The notes below the pieces were generated by a model. That model saw only the letters and a list, made by a program, of their open reading frames with translations. It ran no database searches and was not told the origin of the DNA. DNA of 64,000 nt from Paracoccaceae bacterium. Its GTDB lineage: Bacteria; Pseudomonadota; Alphaproteobacteria; Rhodobacterales; Rhodobacteraceae. The stretch covers positions 1,214 to 65,213 of the forward strand of contig JAKIUB010000014.1 of NCBI GenBank assembly GCA_021647745.1, in the 5' to 3' direction. Below, piece after piece: positions 51,045 to 60,026 of this stretch (its first letter is position 1; every line of letters starts with the position of its first letter). The position numbers and the translations under genes are program-made.

Positions 51045-53083
51045 GCCAGCAGGCTGAAAAAGGCGGCGACCAACAAATATATCCAACCAGCCGCCAAGGG
51101 TTTCAGGCGCACATCCTGCACCGTGTAGGCCCCGCGCGACACGATACCCATCCAGCCTCGGCCCGCAGCAACACGGCCCTCGCGCACCACCCGCAAGCCC
51201 GGCAGTCCTGCCTCAAGCGAAAAATTACCGCCACCGGTCGCGCTAACCATCGCGGCCAGTGGCGCCGAGGTGGCGATCGGATCGACGAACTCGACCGGCG
51301 TAACCGGACCGGTAGCCACCACGGCTTGCGCATCACCCTCGCGCAGCCGGTACACCCCGCTTTCAAGCGCCGTAAAACCCACCCGCCAGCGACCCTCGGA
51401 GATAAGCTCGAAAGCCAGCGATTGCTCGGCTCCGCTTGGAGACACAACCGTCAGCTCACCGACTTCACCGCTCAGCATCTGGCGCTCGACCACCACTTCC
51501 ATGCCGCGCGCCGCGCCGATCAGCACGTTTTCCTCCAATTCCGGCTCTTTCATCAGCCAATGCGCAAGGCGGCGCAGTAGCTCGCGCTGCGGCCCGCCGC
51601 CCTCATAGCCCCGGCTCCACAGCCAGGCCTGATCAGAGGTCAGCAGCGCCAACCGGCCCTCGCCAACCCGTGAAAGCTGCAACAGGGGGCGACCCTCCGG
51701 CCCAGCCATTACCGTATCACCTTCCAGCGGATCAACCTCGACAATCCGCATCCAGCGGCCCCATGTCGGATCAGCGCCATCAACCCCCTGCCCTTCCAGC
51801 CCTTGCGTTACCGGATGGCGCTTGCCGATTTCGGTCACCCTTGGCAAAAAGCCCTGCTCCAGCACGCGACCCGTAGGCGCGGCAGGCAAAATGGCACGCA
51901 GCGGCGAACGATACAGGCTTTCGGCACTGGCAAATGATGGGCCAGAGGCGATCAGCACCGCCCCCCCGTCGCTCACATAATTGGCAACATTTTCAATATA
52001 AACCTGCGGCAGCACTCCTTGGCGGCGAAAACGGTCAAAGATAATCAGATCAAAATCGTCGATCTTTTCGGTAAACAGCTCCTGCGTTGGAAAGGCAATC
52101 AACGACATTTCCTCGTAAGGCACCCCGTCCTGCTTTTCGGGAGAGCGCAGGATGGTAAAATGCACCAGATCAACCGAGGCATCAGCCTTCAGCAGGTTGC
52201 GCCATGTGCGCTCTCCAGCATAAGGCTCACCCGATATCAGCAGCACCCGCAAGCGGTCGCGCACCCCGTTGACGCTCAAAATGGTGCGGTTGTTCAGGCC
52301 GGTCAGCTCGCCTTCCATCTCCGGCGTGCGGACCTCCAGCAGGTTGATACCGGCATGGTTGATGGTCAGGTTTAGCGGCACATCGGCATTGAGCGGGAGA
52401 TCGATCACCTGCTCCCGCCCGCCGTCAATGGTAGCGATCACCCTTGCCATCCCGTTTGCATCAGGGGCCGCGCCCTTGTCCTCGATCCGCAATACCAACT
52501 GCACCTCTTCGCCGACAATCCCGAAAGCGGGGGCGGTTTTCACAATAATCGAGCGGTCCCAGTCCGTCGCTTCACCCGTCAGTAATTGCTGCACCGGGGC
52601 AGCAGGCAGATACGGGGTGCCGGCATCCGCGACCACCCCGTCCGTGAGCAAAAACACCCCCGACAGCCGATCTGCCGAAATGCTGCCGGCGGCCTCGCGC
52701 AGAGCCTCGACCAATAGCGTGCCATCGCGGCCTGCATCTTCAACTCGCCGCAAAACCACCTCGGGCGGGTTTGGCAAGGCCGCCAGCGCAGCTTGCAGAC
52801 CCGCCAGCGCAGTGGCGGTTTGCTCTGGCCGCACGGTCAGGGTTTGAGACGAGGTTTCATCTACCACAATGACCACTGCATCGGTTTCAGGTATGCGGTT
52901 TTCTTCGCGCCAAAGCGGGTTGGCCAGCGCCAGCGCCAGCGCAACCAGCGCCAGCGTGCGCAACCACCAGCCCTTTAGCCCGCGCCACGCGGCAAAGCCC
53001 AGTAACAACGCTGCCACGGCAAAAACTGTAGCCAAAAGCCATAGCGGCAGCATCGGATCAAAAGCGATGGAGGTGGTGTTCAT
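51023..53083 (-). CDS. large membrane protein, fourth gene of the MoxR/DUF58/BatA-like operon
   Basis: 686 aa. N-terminal double TM (LPLWLLATVFAVAALLLGFAAW...LRTLALVALALALA) and a C-terminal TM (WIYLLVAAFFSLLAW). ATGA overlap with the upstream gene at 53080-53083. Confidence 0.75.
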   Translation of the reverse strand: MNTTSIAFDPMLPLWLLATVFAVAALLLGFAAWRGLKGWWLRTLALVALALALANPLWREENRIPETDAVVIVVDETSSQTLTVRPEQTATALAGLQAALAALPNPPEVVLRRVEDAGRDGTLLVEALREAAGSISADRLSGVFLLTDGVVADAGTPYLPAAPVQQLLTGEATDWDRSIIVKTAPAFGIVGEEVQLVLRIEDKGAAPDANGMARVIATIDGGREQVIDLPLNADVPLNLTINHAGINLLEVRTPEMEGELTGLNNRTILSVNGVRDRLRVLLISGEPYAGERTWRNLLKADASVDLVHFTILRSPEKQDGVPYEEMSLIAFPTQELFTEKIDDFDLIIFDRFRRQGVLPQVYIENVANYVSDGGAVLIASGPSFASAESLYRSPLRAILPAAPTGRVLEQGFLPRVTEIGKRHPVTQGLEGQGVDGADPTWGRWMRIVEVDPLEGDTVMAGPEGRPLLQLSRVGEGRLALLTSDQAWLWSRGYEGGGPQRELLRRLAHWLMKEPELEENVLIGAARGMEVVVERQMLSGEVGELTVVSPSGAEQSLAFELISEGRWRVGFTALESGVYRLREGDAQAVVATGPVTPVEFVDPIATSAPLAAMVSATGGGNFSLEAGLPGLRVVREGRVAAGRGWMGIVSRGAYTVQDVRLKPLAAGWIYLLVAAFFSLLAWRIEGR

Positions 53084-55806
53084 TGCCCCAGCCTTTCAAG
53101 CAGCGCCGGTATATGCACCTGATCGGATTTATAATTGCCTGTCATCACATACATGATCAGGTTAACCCCGAAGCGCTTGGCCAGCTCGCGCTGCCGATCG
53201 CCCCGCGTGCCGGTCCCCACCGGATACATCGGCCTGCCGTTTTCATTCAGCGCCCAGGCACTGGCAAAATCGTTAGAGCCGATCACCACAGGTGTGACGC
53301 CATCATTAAGGTTGCGAAAAGGAGCGCCCTCGGTCGTGGTCAGGTTGCTGGGAGCCTCGACCCACAGCTCGCCCTTGTTCCAGCGCCCCGGAAACACCTC
53401 CAGCAGATAAAACGAGCGCCCGAGCACATGATCCGGTTCTATCGGGGAAAGAGGCGGGATTTCAAGCTGCGCGGTCAGGCGCTGCAGCGCCGCCCCGTTG
53501 ATAGAGCCAGCGCCAAGCTGGGCATCGCGGGTGTCAAACAGGATCATCCCGCCATTGCGCAGATAGCTGTTAACCTTGCCCGCAGCTTGCGGCGAAAGCG
53601 TGGTCTGCAGATCTGAAACCGGCCAATACAGAAAGGGAATAAGCGATATATCATCGCGCTCTATATCAACCGAAATCGGATCTACCGGCTCGATCGAGGT
53701 GCGCTCGAACAGGGTGCGAGACAGGCCGTAAAGACCGGCGCGCGATATTTCGTCGGTGCGGCTGTCGCCGGTCAGCACATAGGCAAGCACGGTGTTGTTG
53801 GCGGCCAGCAAAGCACGGGCATCAGTGGTTTCCTGTGCGTCGGCCTGCGGGGCAATACCCAGCATTAGCCCCACCAGCGCCACCTGTGCGCCGCCTCTTA
53901 GCCGCCCCGAGATGAACAGCGAGGCCATGATATCCAGCGCTAAAAGCGCAAATGCCAGCAACAAAAGCAATGGCTTTAGCGGGGTTTCGGGGCGGGTATC
54001 AAAACCCTCGACCACAACATTTGCAGGCAGGCCATATAGCGCCATTGGCAGGGTTTCCTCGCTCAAAAGGTTCACCGCCACCTCACGCTCGTTGCTTTGA
54101 TAATACCCTGGCGGGGTAGTGGCATTACGCTCGCCTTTGCCCAGCACTTCACCGCTGACCGCTTGCGCGGGCGCGGCATCCACCAGATTACCAAACCCGT
54201 CCAGCGCGCGGACCAGCAGCCAGTTTTGCCCCGCCAGCTCGTCAGCCGCAGCCGCACCGCCACGCGCACTAACCGACAGCCGCGTCAACATATCGACAAA
54301 CAACCCCGATAGCGGCAGGTTCGACCATTCGGCATTGGCGGTGACATGAAATAGCACGATCCGGCCCTGCCCATGGCGCGTGGCCGTGACCAGCGGTGTG
54401 CCATCTTCCAGTGCGGCCATCACCTTGCCCGCCAAATCAGGGCCGGGCTGAGCCAATACCTGCGCAAACACCTCTACATCATCAGGCGGCACCAGACCGG
54501 CAAAGGGGCTGTCATTACCAAAAGGACGCAGGCGTTTGGGGGTTGCCCATGTCATCGCGCCGCCCAGTTGGCGGCCACCGGCGCGCAGTTGCACCGGCAA
54601 TAGCGGGTCAACCGTGGCGATATCCCGCGAGGCCGAGGCCAGCCGCGGGCCAGCAAAGCGCAGCAGGGTGCCGCCAGCTTCAACCCAGTCGAGCACACGG
54701 GTGGTTTCATCATCTGGAAGGCTGGTAACATCGGCCAGTATCAGCACATCCGGCACTGCCAAAAGCAGCTCGTCCAGCGTACCGCGAATGACTTGTGATG
54801 ACGGCTCCAGCGCTTTTTTAAGGTAAAACAGCGGATCCACCAGTTGCGGGCCTTCCTGGCTATCGCGCGGGGTATAAAGCGCCACTTTGCGCCGGATCAG
54901 CCCGCTATCGGCCAGTACCACTCCGCCCGCCGAAGCCCCCGTGCCCAGCGCGATACGGGTGATACGGTTGCGTAGCTCGAAAGGCATGTCAAATATCGCC
55001 AGTGTATCTGTTTCACCAGCGGTGAACCGAGCATCGCTGCGCCATAATACCTGCTCTACCCCGTCAGGCGCAGGGCCAATGGCCAAAAGCGGCACACTGA
55101 TGGCCCCGACGCTATCAACCCGGTGCACAGGAACAAGCAACTGCTCACCCTCGATCCGCGCCGGCAATAAGGATAGTGCAGGCGACGGGCTGGAGACCAC
55201 GCTTAGCGCCCCTTGTTTTTGCAGGGCTTTGGCCAGCGGCCCGGCATCATTCATACCGTCAGACAGCCAGATGGTCTGAAACGGTTCTTGCGGGTTTTGT
55301 ACCAGCCAGTCAGCAAAGGCGGCGCGATCAGGGGTATAGGGTGCAGGTGTCAGGCTTTGCACAATCGGCATCAGATCAGACGCAGCGGCAAAGCCAAGGT
55401 CGCCCTCGGCAGGCAAGGGGGCTGTGAGAAGGCGCAGGGCCACGGGGCGGGTAGAGGACGCCAGAATTGCCTCGACCTTGGAAAGCCGCGCCTGCCAATC
55501 GGGCGCACTGGCCCAGCCGCCATCAAGCAGCACCAAAAGCCGCGCATCACTAACGGTTTTGGCACGCGGATTCAGCACCGGCTCGGCAAAGGCGATAATC
55601 GCGGCAGCCAGCGCGGTAAGGCGCAACAAAAGCAACCACCACGGGGTGTGATCAGGGGTGCTTTCGGGGTCTTTCAGGCCTAAAAGCAGCTGCACACCCG
55701 GAAAGCGGCGGCGCGAGGGCGCAGGGGGCACCGCACGCAGCAACCACCATAAAAGCGGCAGCGCCAGCAAGCCAAGCAATATGGCGGGGGAAAGGAACCC
55801 GATCAT
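53080..55806 (-). CDS. BatA-type N-terminal double-TM domain / C-terminal DUF4159 domain protein
   Basis: 908 aa. MIGFLSPAILLGLLALPLLWWLLRAVPP...RRRFPGVQLL is the aerotolerance-regulator N-terminal motif. The C-terminus ...VIGSNDFASAWAL...AKRFGVNLIMYVMTGNYKSDQVH... is DUF4159-like. ATGA overlap with the DUF58 stop at 55803-55806. Confidence 0.8.
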   Translation of the reverse strand: MIGFLSPAILLGLLALPLLWWLLRAVPPAPSRRRFPGVQLLLGLKDPESTPDHTPWWLLLLRLTALAAAIIAFAEPVLNPRAKTVSDARLLVLLDGGWASAPDWQARLSKVEAILASSTRPVALRLLTAPLPAEGDLGFAAASDLMPIVQSLTPAPYTPDRAAFADWLVQNPQEPFQTIWLSDGMNDAGPLAKALQKQGALSVVSSPSPALSLLPARIEGEQLLVPVHRVDSVGAISVPLLAIGPAPDGVEQVLWRSDARFTAGETDTLAIFDMPFELRNRITRIALGTGASAGGVVLADSGLIRRKVALYTPRDSQEGPQLVDPLFYLKKALEPSSQVIRGTLDELLLAVPDVLILADVTSLPDDETTRVLDWVEAGGTLLRFAGPRLASASRDIATVDPLLPVQLRAGGRQLGGAMTWATPKRLRPFGNDSPFAGLVPPDDVEVFAQVLAQPGPDLAGKVMAALEDGTPLVTATRHGQGRIVLFHVTANAEWSNLPLSGLFVDMLTRLSVSARGGAAAADELAGQNWLLVRALDGFGNLVDAAPAQAVSGEVLGKGERNATTPPGYYQSNEREVAVNLLSEETLPMALYGLPANVVVEGFDTRPETPLKPLLLLLAFALLALDIMASLFISGRLRGGAQVALVGLMLGIAPQADAQETTDARALLAANNTVLAYVLTGDSRTDEISRAGLYGLSRTLFERTSIEPVDPISVDIERDDISLIPFLYWPVSDLQTTLSPQAAGKVNSYLRNGGMILFDTRDAQLGAGSINGAALQRLTAQLEIPPLSPIEPDHVLGRSFYLLEVFPGRWNKGELWVEAPSNLTTTEGAPFRNLNDGVTPVVIGSNDFASAWALNENGRPMYPVGTGTRGDRQRELAKRFGVNLIMYVMTGNYKSDQVHIPALLERLGQ

Positions 55807-56741
55807 CTACCTGCCCCTAAAGAATTGAAAAGCCAAAGCAATGCGGCTTTGGGCGCGGTATCGGTGCTGTGGCGTAAATAGTGCCAGCCGGCACGGTGCG
55901 CCCATGTTTTCAGCCGCTCGGAGCGGGTATCGAGGCGGGCGAGATATTCATCGCGCAGAGCCTTGGCGCGTCTGGTTTCAAAATCAACCAGCCCGCCCAT
56001 GCTTTCAAAAATGATCCGCCCGTCATAGGGGAAGCTCAGCTCCGAGGGGTCAAGGATATGGATGATCGCGCCGTCATTTCCGGCCTCTGCATGGGCGCTC
56101 AAGGCGGGGAAGATCGTGCTTTCATCCCCCATAAAATCCGAGAAAAACAACCGGTGGCCGCCCCGCACACCGTGGGGGTGAGGCAGCGGGCCATAGTCGG
56201 AATCACTACCAAGACCGGCCAGCGCCAACGCCATCTGGTGTAGCTTGCTTTGGCCGAAACCCGGGCGAGCGGCGGGCGAGGCCAGCAGGCTGACCCGCTC
56301 ACCGGCGCGACTGAGCAGGCTGGCGCAGGCCAGCGCCAGCAGCTTGGCGCGCTGCGATTTAGGCTCTAGTTTGCCGCTGAAATAATCCATGGCTTTTGAA
56401 GGGTCGACCCAGAAACCAACCGTCTGGCTGGCCTCCCACTCGCGCTCGCGGATGAAAAGCGCATCGCCCTGTGCCGAGCGCCGCCAGTCTATGCTGGCGA
56501 GGCTATCGCCGGGCATCGCGTGGCGATATTGCCAGAAACTTTCACCGTTACCGGCGCGGCGGCGGCCATGCGCCCCCATAGCAACATTGGCAGCCAGCCG
56601 CTCGGCATCGGCCAAAAGCGGCGGCAAGGCACCAGCCAGCGCTTGCGCGCGGGCGCGCAGGTCTTTTGGGGCACTCGCGCGGGCGCGCAGGTCTTTTGGG
56701 GCACTCGCGCGAGCGCGCAGAGATTGCGGGGCTTGGCTCAC
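55803..56741 (-). CDS. DUF58 domain-containing protein
   Basis: ...GESFWQYRHAMPGDSLASIDWRRSAQGDALFIREREWE... is the DUF58 core. GTG start overlaps the MoxR stop (GTGA at 56738-56741). Confidence 0.88.
   Translation of the reverse strand: MSQAPQSLRARASAPKDLRARASAPKDLRARAQALAGALPPLLADAERLAANVAMGAHGRRRAGNGESFWQYRHAMPGDSLASIDWRRSAQGDALFIREREWEASQTVGFWVDPSKAMDYFSGKLEPKSQRAKLLALACASLLSRAGERVSLLASPAARPGFGQSKLHQMALALAGLGSDSDYGPLPHPHGVRGGHRLFFSDFMGDESTIFPALSAHAEAGNDGAIIHILDPSELSFPYDGRIIFESMGGLVDFETRRAKALRDEYLARLDTRSERLKTWAHRAGWHYLRHSTDTAPKAALLWLFNSLGAGR
56647..56732. repeat. 30-bp tandem direct repeat (2 perfect copies plus 1 diverged copy) inside the 5' end of the DUF58 gene
   Basis: gcgcgggcgcgcaggtcttttggggcactc occurs at 56647-56676 and again at 56677-56706. 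A diverged third copy starts at 56707. In frame, it encodes APKDLRARAS x2 after APQSLRARAS. Confidence 0.92.
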
Positions 56742-57742
56742 GCGGCAGCGCTTTTGCGGGCCGCAGTAATGCTAAGATCATCAATCACATCCAGCAACGA
56801 GATATTTTCGGCCCGCGCAGCAAAGCCCAGCGCCATACGGTGGATCAGCACCGGCCGTGCCAGTGCCGATACATCATCAATCGAGGGTGCCAACCGACCT
56901 TGCAACAAAGCCCGCGCCCGCACTGCCAGCATCAGTGCCTGCGCCGCGCGCGGCCCCGGTCCCCAGACCACGGCTTTATTAACCAGATCAGAGGCCCCCG
57001 CACTGCCCGGCCGCGCGGCACGCACAAGGTCAAGGATCATATCCACCACCTGTTCGCCCACCGGCATCCGCCGGATCAGCTGCTGGGCTGCGATCAGGCT
57101 TTCGGCATCAAACACCGGTTCAAGCGTTGATTCAGCGGTGCCGGTGGTGGCCAGAATAATGGCACGTTCGTCGTCATAGGTAGGGTAGTCGATATCTACC
57201 TGCATCAAAAACCGGTCAAGCTGGGCCTCTGGCAGCGGGTATGTGCCCTCTTGCTCAACCGGGTTTTGGGTAGCAAGAACATGAAAAGGCGCAGGAAGGT
57301 CAAAGCGTTGGCCTGCAACAGTAACGTGATGCTCTTGCATGGCCTGCAACAGGGCAGACTGGGTGCGCGGGCTGGCACGGTTGATCTCGTCGCCCATCAT
57401 CAGCTGGCAAAAAACCGGCCCCTTGATGAAGCGAAAGGCGCGGGTGCCATCCTCGGCGGTCTCTAATACCTCGGAGCCAAGGATATCGGCCGGCATCAAA
57501 TCAGGGGTAAATTGCACGCGGTTTGAATTGAGGCCGAGCACAGTGCCCAAGGCTTCAACCAGCAAGGTTTTGGCCAGACCCGGCACCCCGACCAGCAGCC
57601 CGTGGCCACCGCAAAGCACAGTCATCAAGGTTTGGTCTACCACCTCGGTCTGGCCGATCACGCGGCGGGCGATCATGGCTTTGGCCTGCTTTAGCTTTGC
57701 GCTCAGCGCTCTGATCTGCTCAAGGTTGGCGGTATCTGGCAT
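56738..57742 (-). CDS. MoxR-family AAA+ ATPase
   Basis: ...VIGQTEVVDQTLMTVLCGGHGLLVGVPGLAKTLLVEALG...RVQFTPDLMPADILG...ANQNP-type ...VLATQNPVEQEGTYPLPEAQLDRF... Start set to the ATG at 57740-57742 (MPDTANLEQ). Confidence 0.93.
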   Translation of the reverse strand: MPDTANLEQIRALSAKLKQAKAMIARRVIGQTEVVDQTLMTVLCGGHGLLVGVPGLAKTLLVEALGTVLGLNSNRVQFTPDLMPADILGSEVLETAEDGTRAFRFIKGPVFCQLMMGDEINRASPRTQSALLQAMQEHHVTVAGQRFDLPAPFHVLATQNPVEQEGTYPLPEAQLDRFLMQVDIDYPTYDDERAIILATTGTAESTLEPVFDAESLIAAQQLIRRMPVGEQVVDMILDLVRAARPGSAGASDLVNKAVVWGPGPRAAQALMLAVRARALLQGRLAPSIDDVSALARPVLIHRMALGFAARAENISLLDVIDDLSITAARKSAAA

Positions 57743-57843
57743 ATTGAATTCTCCCAATTTTTTGCCAGTTTAACGCCCGTGCTGGATTCGTCTAGCAAAG
57801 CTGCTATCCTGTGAGCACTATTCCACCGAAATAGGGCACAAAA

Positions 57844-58437
57844 ATGATAAAAACCGATCAGAATTCCGTGAAGCCAACAGCAGACAGCCTTGCGAGTGCC
57901 GCTCAAGGCTTTGCGGCGCGCGGCCCGGCACCGGTGCATTTGTGGAATCCTGAATATTGTGGCGATCTGGACATGCGCATTGCGCACGATGGCACATGGT
58001 TTTATCTCGGCACCCCGATCGGGCGGCTACCGCTGGTAAAACTGTTTTCTTCCATTCTCAAGCGCGAGGGGGATGGCTATTTTTTGGTCACGCCGGTAGA
58101 GAAGGTTGGCATAAAAGTTGATGATGTACCCTTTATCGCGGTTGATTTCGAGGTCGAGGCGGGGCCGGTTATTAGCTTCACCACCAATGTCGGTGATGTC
58201 TTTAAGCTGGACGCGACCCACCCGATGCGGATCGAAACCAACCCTGATACCGGCGAGCCGACACCCTATGTCCGGGTGCGTAGCAATCTTGATGCCCGCA
58301 TAGACCGAAAAAGCTTTTACCGGCTGGTCGAGCTGGCCCAAACCGCCGAACATAAAGACGCAACATGGATTGGAGTGCGCTCAAAGGGTATGTTTTTTCC
58401 GTTTATTCACCAGGATTCCCTGGGAAACCCCGTCTGA
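57844..58437 (+). CDS. DUF1285 domain-containing protein
   Basis: ...PVHLWNPEYCGDLDMRIAHDGTWFYLGTPIGRLPLVKLFSSILKREGDGYFLVTPVEKVGIKVDDVPF... matches the conserved DUF1285 core. Confidence 0.8.
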   Translation: MIKTDQNSVKPTADSLASAAQGFAARGPAPVHLWNPEYCGDLDMRIAHDGTWFYLGTPIGRLPLVKLFSSILKREGDGYFLVTPVEKVGIKVDDVPFIAVDFEVEAGPVISFTTNVGDVFKLDATHPMRIETNPDTGEPTPYVRVRSNLDARIDRKSFYRLVELAQTAEHKDATWIGVRSKGMFFPFIHQDSLGNPV

Positions 58438-58487
58438 CAAAAAGTTTTTATATTTTTAATGGATTTATTTTATATTTACTGGCAGAT

Positions 58488-59429
58488 GTGCAGGACTGCA
58501 CAAGCATAGCTAAGGTAGAACACCCCTTGTTACAGCCCAACCCGAAATCATCTTCTATTTTGACCAGACTGGAGAGCTGGAGAAGTAAGCATTTTGATCA
58601 GGGCGCGCTGCATTTGGGGCTAACCTATCAACAAATTCTGGCGTCAGCCGATATCCGGTGGAAGCTGATTTTCAGGGCGGCTCGCCAAATCATCACCCTG
58701 TATTTTCTGACCTATGAGCTATACGTTCTCGTATTGGGGCTGGTTTTATTGCTCATCACCACCGGCGCCTTTATTCAACCCGGTGTCGAGATCGGTATGG
58801 CAAGGCCGGTGTTTATCGGAATATTGACCCTTATCACAGTAGCTTTGCCTGCGCTGCTGCATTTTTTCCTGCTGCCGTTGCATATCATTTTCCAAGCCCG
58901 TCTCTGGGTGCTCACACTGATCCATAGTTTGCTTGCAAGCGTTATCCTCAGCGGAATAGAGCCGTGGGTCGGCTCGATGATATTACCAGTCCAACCTTTG
59001 GGTTTTAGCGATATTTTTCTGCCAAATTTGGTGATCTATCTTTTTTCAATCGGCATTATTACCCTGCGGGTAAGGGATACGGTCTCTTATTCCGCGTATA
59101 AGAACCGCCACGATTCAAGCGGAATAGACAGCCTGCTACCCCCCGCTTTGCGCGGCAAGCTCGCCTATATTTCCGCTCAGGATCATTATGTAAAAATTGT
59201 CACCCTTAAAGGAGAGCACCTCCATCGGATGCCGTTTTCCGCAGCTGTAAAAATGCTGGGCAATACCAAAGGCATGCTGGTGCATCGCTCCCATTGGGTT
59301 TCGTGCAATGCTATGCTCATACTGGAAAAATCAGCAGATAAATATGCGCTCAAGCTACGCGACGGCACCTGTATTCCTGTTGCCAAATCAAAATTTACCC
59401 AGGTTCAAACTTATCTGGACACCCGTTAA
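58488..59429 (+). CDS. membrane protein with a C-terminal LytTR DNA-binding domain
   Basis: C-terminus ...LAYISAQDHYVKIVTLKGEHLHRMPFSAAVKMLGNTKGMLVHRSHWVSCNAM...LKLRDGTCIPVAKSKF is a LytTR domain. It is preceded by about five hydrophobic helices. There is no in-frame ATG before residue ~145 of the track ORF. The GTG at 58488 is the first start past the DUF1285 stop, so the start is uncertain. Confidence 0.7.
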   Translation: MQDCTSIAKVEHPLLQPNPKSSSILTRLESWRSKHFDQGALHLGLTYQQILASADIRWKLIFRAARQIITLYFLTYELYVLVLGLVLLLITTGAFIQPGVEIGMARPVFIGILTLITVALPALLHFFLLPLHIIFQARLWVLTLIHSLLASVILSGIEPWVGSMILPVQPLGFSDIFLPNLVIYLFSIGIITLRVRDTVSYSAYKNRHDSSGIDSLLPPALRGKLAYISAQDHYVKIVTLKGEHLHRMPFSAAVKMLGNTKGMLVHRSHWVSCNAMLILEKSADKYALKLRDGTCIPVAKSKFTQVQTYLDTR

Positions 59430-59432
59430 TAT

Positions 59433-59927
59433 TCAAAAATATCTGCCAAATTCATCAAAGACCTGTCGGTAGATCGCCCGCTTGAAGGGGATGATCTTGT
59501 CCAGCACCTCGTCAGCCTCCATCCATTTCCATTCCGAAAACTCGGGGGCTTCGGTATGGATATTGATGCAACTATCCGGCCCGAGAAACCGAAGTAAAAA
59601 CCAGCGCTGCTTCTGGCCGCGAAACCGCGCTACACCGTTCTTTTTGGTAAAAAGGCGCTGCGCCACTTCAGGGGGGAAATCATATTTCAACCACTCCCGA
59701 CTATGGGCCACCACCTTGACAGCATCCGCCAAAACACCGGTCTCTTCCGCCAGTTCGCGCAGCGCGGCGGCCTCGGGCATCTCGCCGGTATCTATCCCGC
59801 CTTGTGGCATCTGCCACGCATCCGGCATATCAAGCCGTCGACCGACAAAAACCTTGCCTTCAGGATTAAGCAATACCAGCCCCGCATTGGGGCGATAGGG
59901 CAGCGCGGCAAATTCACTGTTCTTCAT
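59433..59927 (-). CDS. rppH: RNA pyrophosphohydrolase (NUDIX)
   Basis: ...YRPNAGLVLLNPEGKVFVGRR...WQMPQGGIDTGEMPEAAALRELAEETG... Nudix box, plus ...GQKQRWFLLRF... Confidence 0.93.
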   Translation of the reverse strand: MKNSEFAALPYRPNAGLVLLNPEGKVFVGRRLDMPDAWQMPQGGIDTGEMPEAAALRELAEETGVLADAVKVVAHSREWLKYDFPPEVAQRLFTKKNGVARFRGQKQRWFLLRFLGPDSCINIHTEAPEFSEWKWMEADEVLDKIIPFKRAIYRQVFDEFGRYF

Positions 59928-60026
59928 GGTAGGCTTTCACGGGCATTTCAATGTCAGGGGGCCAAAACCCTGTCAGCCAATGCAAAAAAGGCACTGACTG
60001 CGGGTAAAGGTGTGGCCCCCTTGTTG

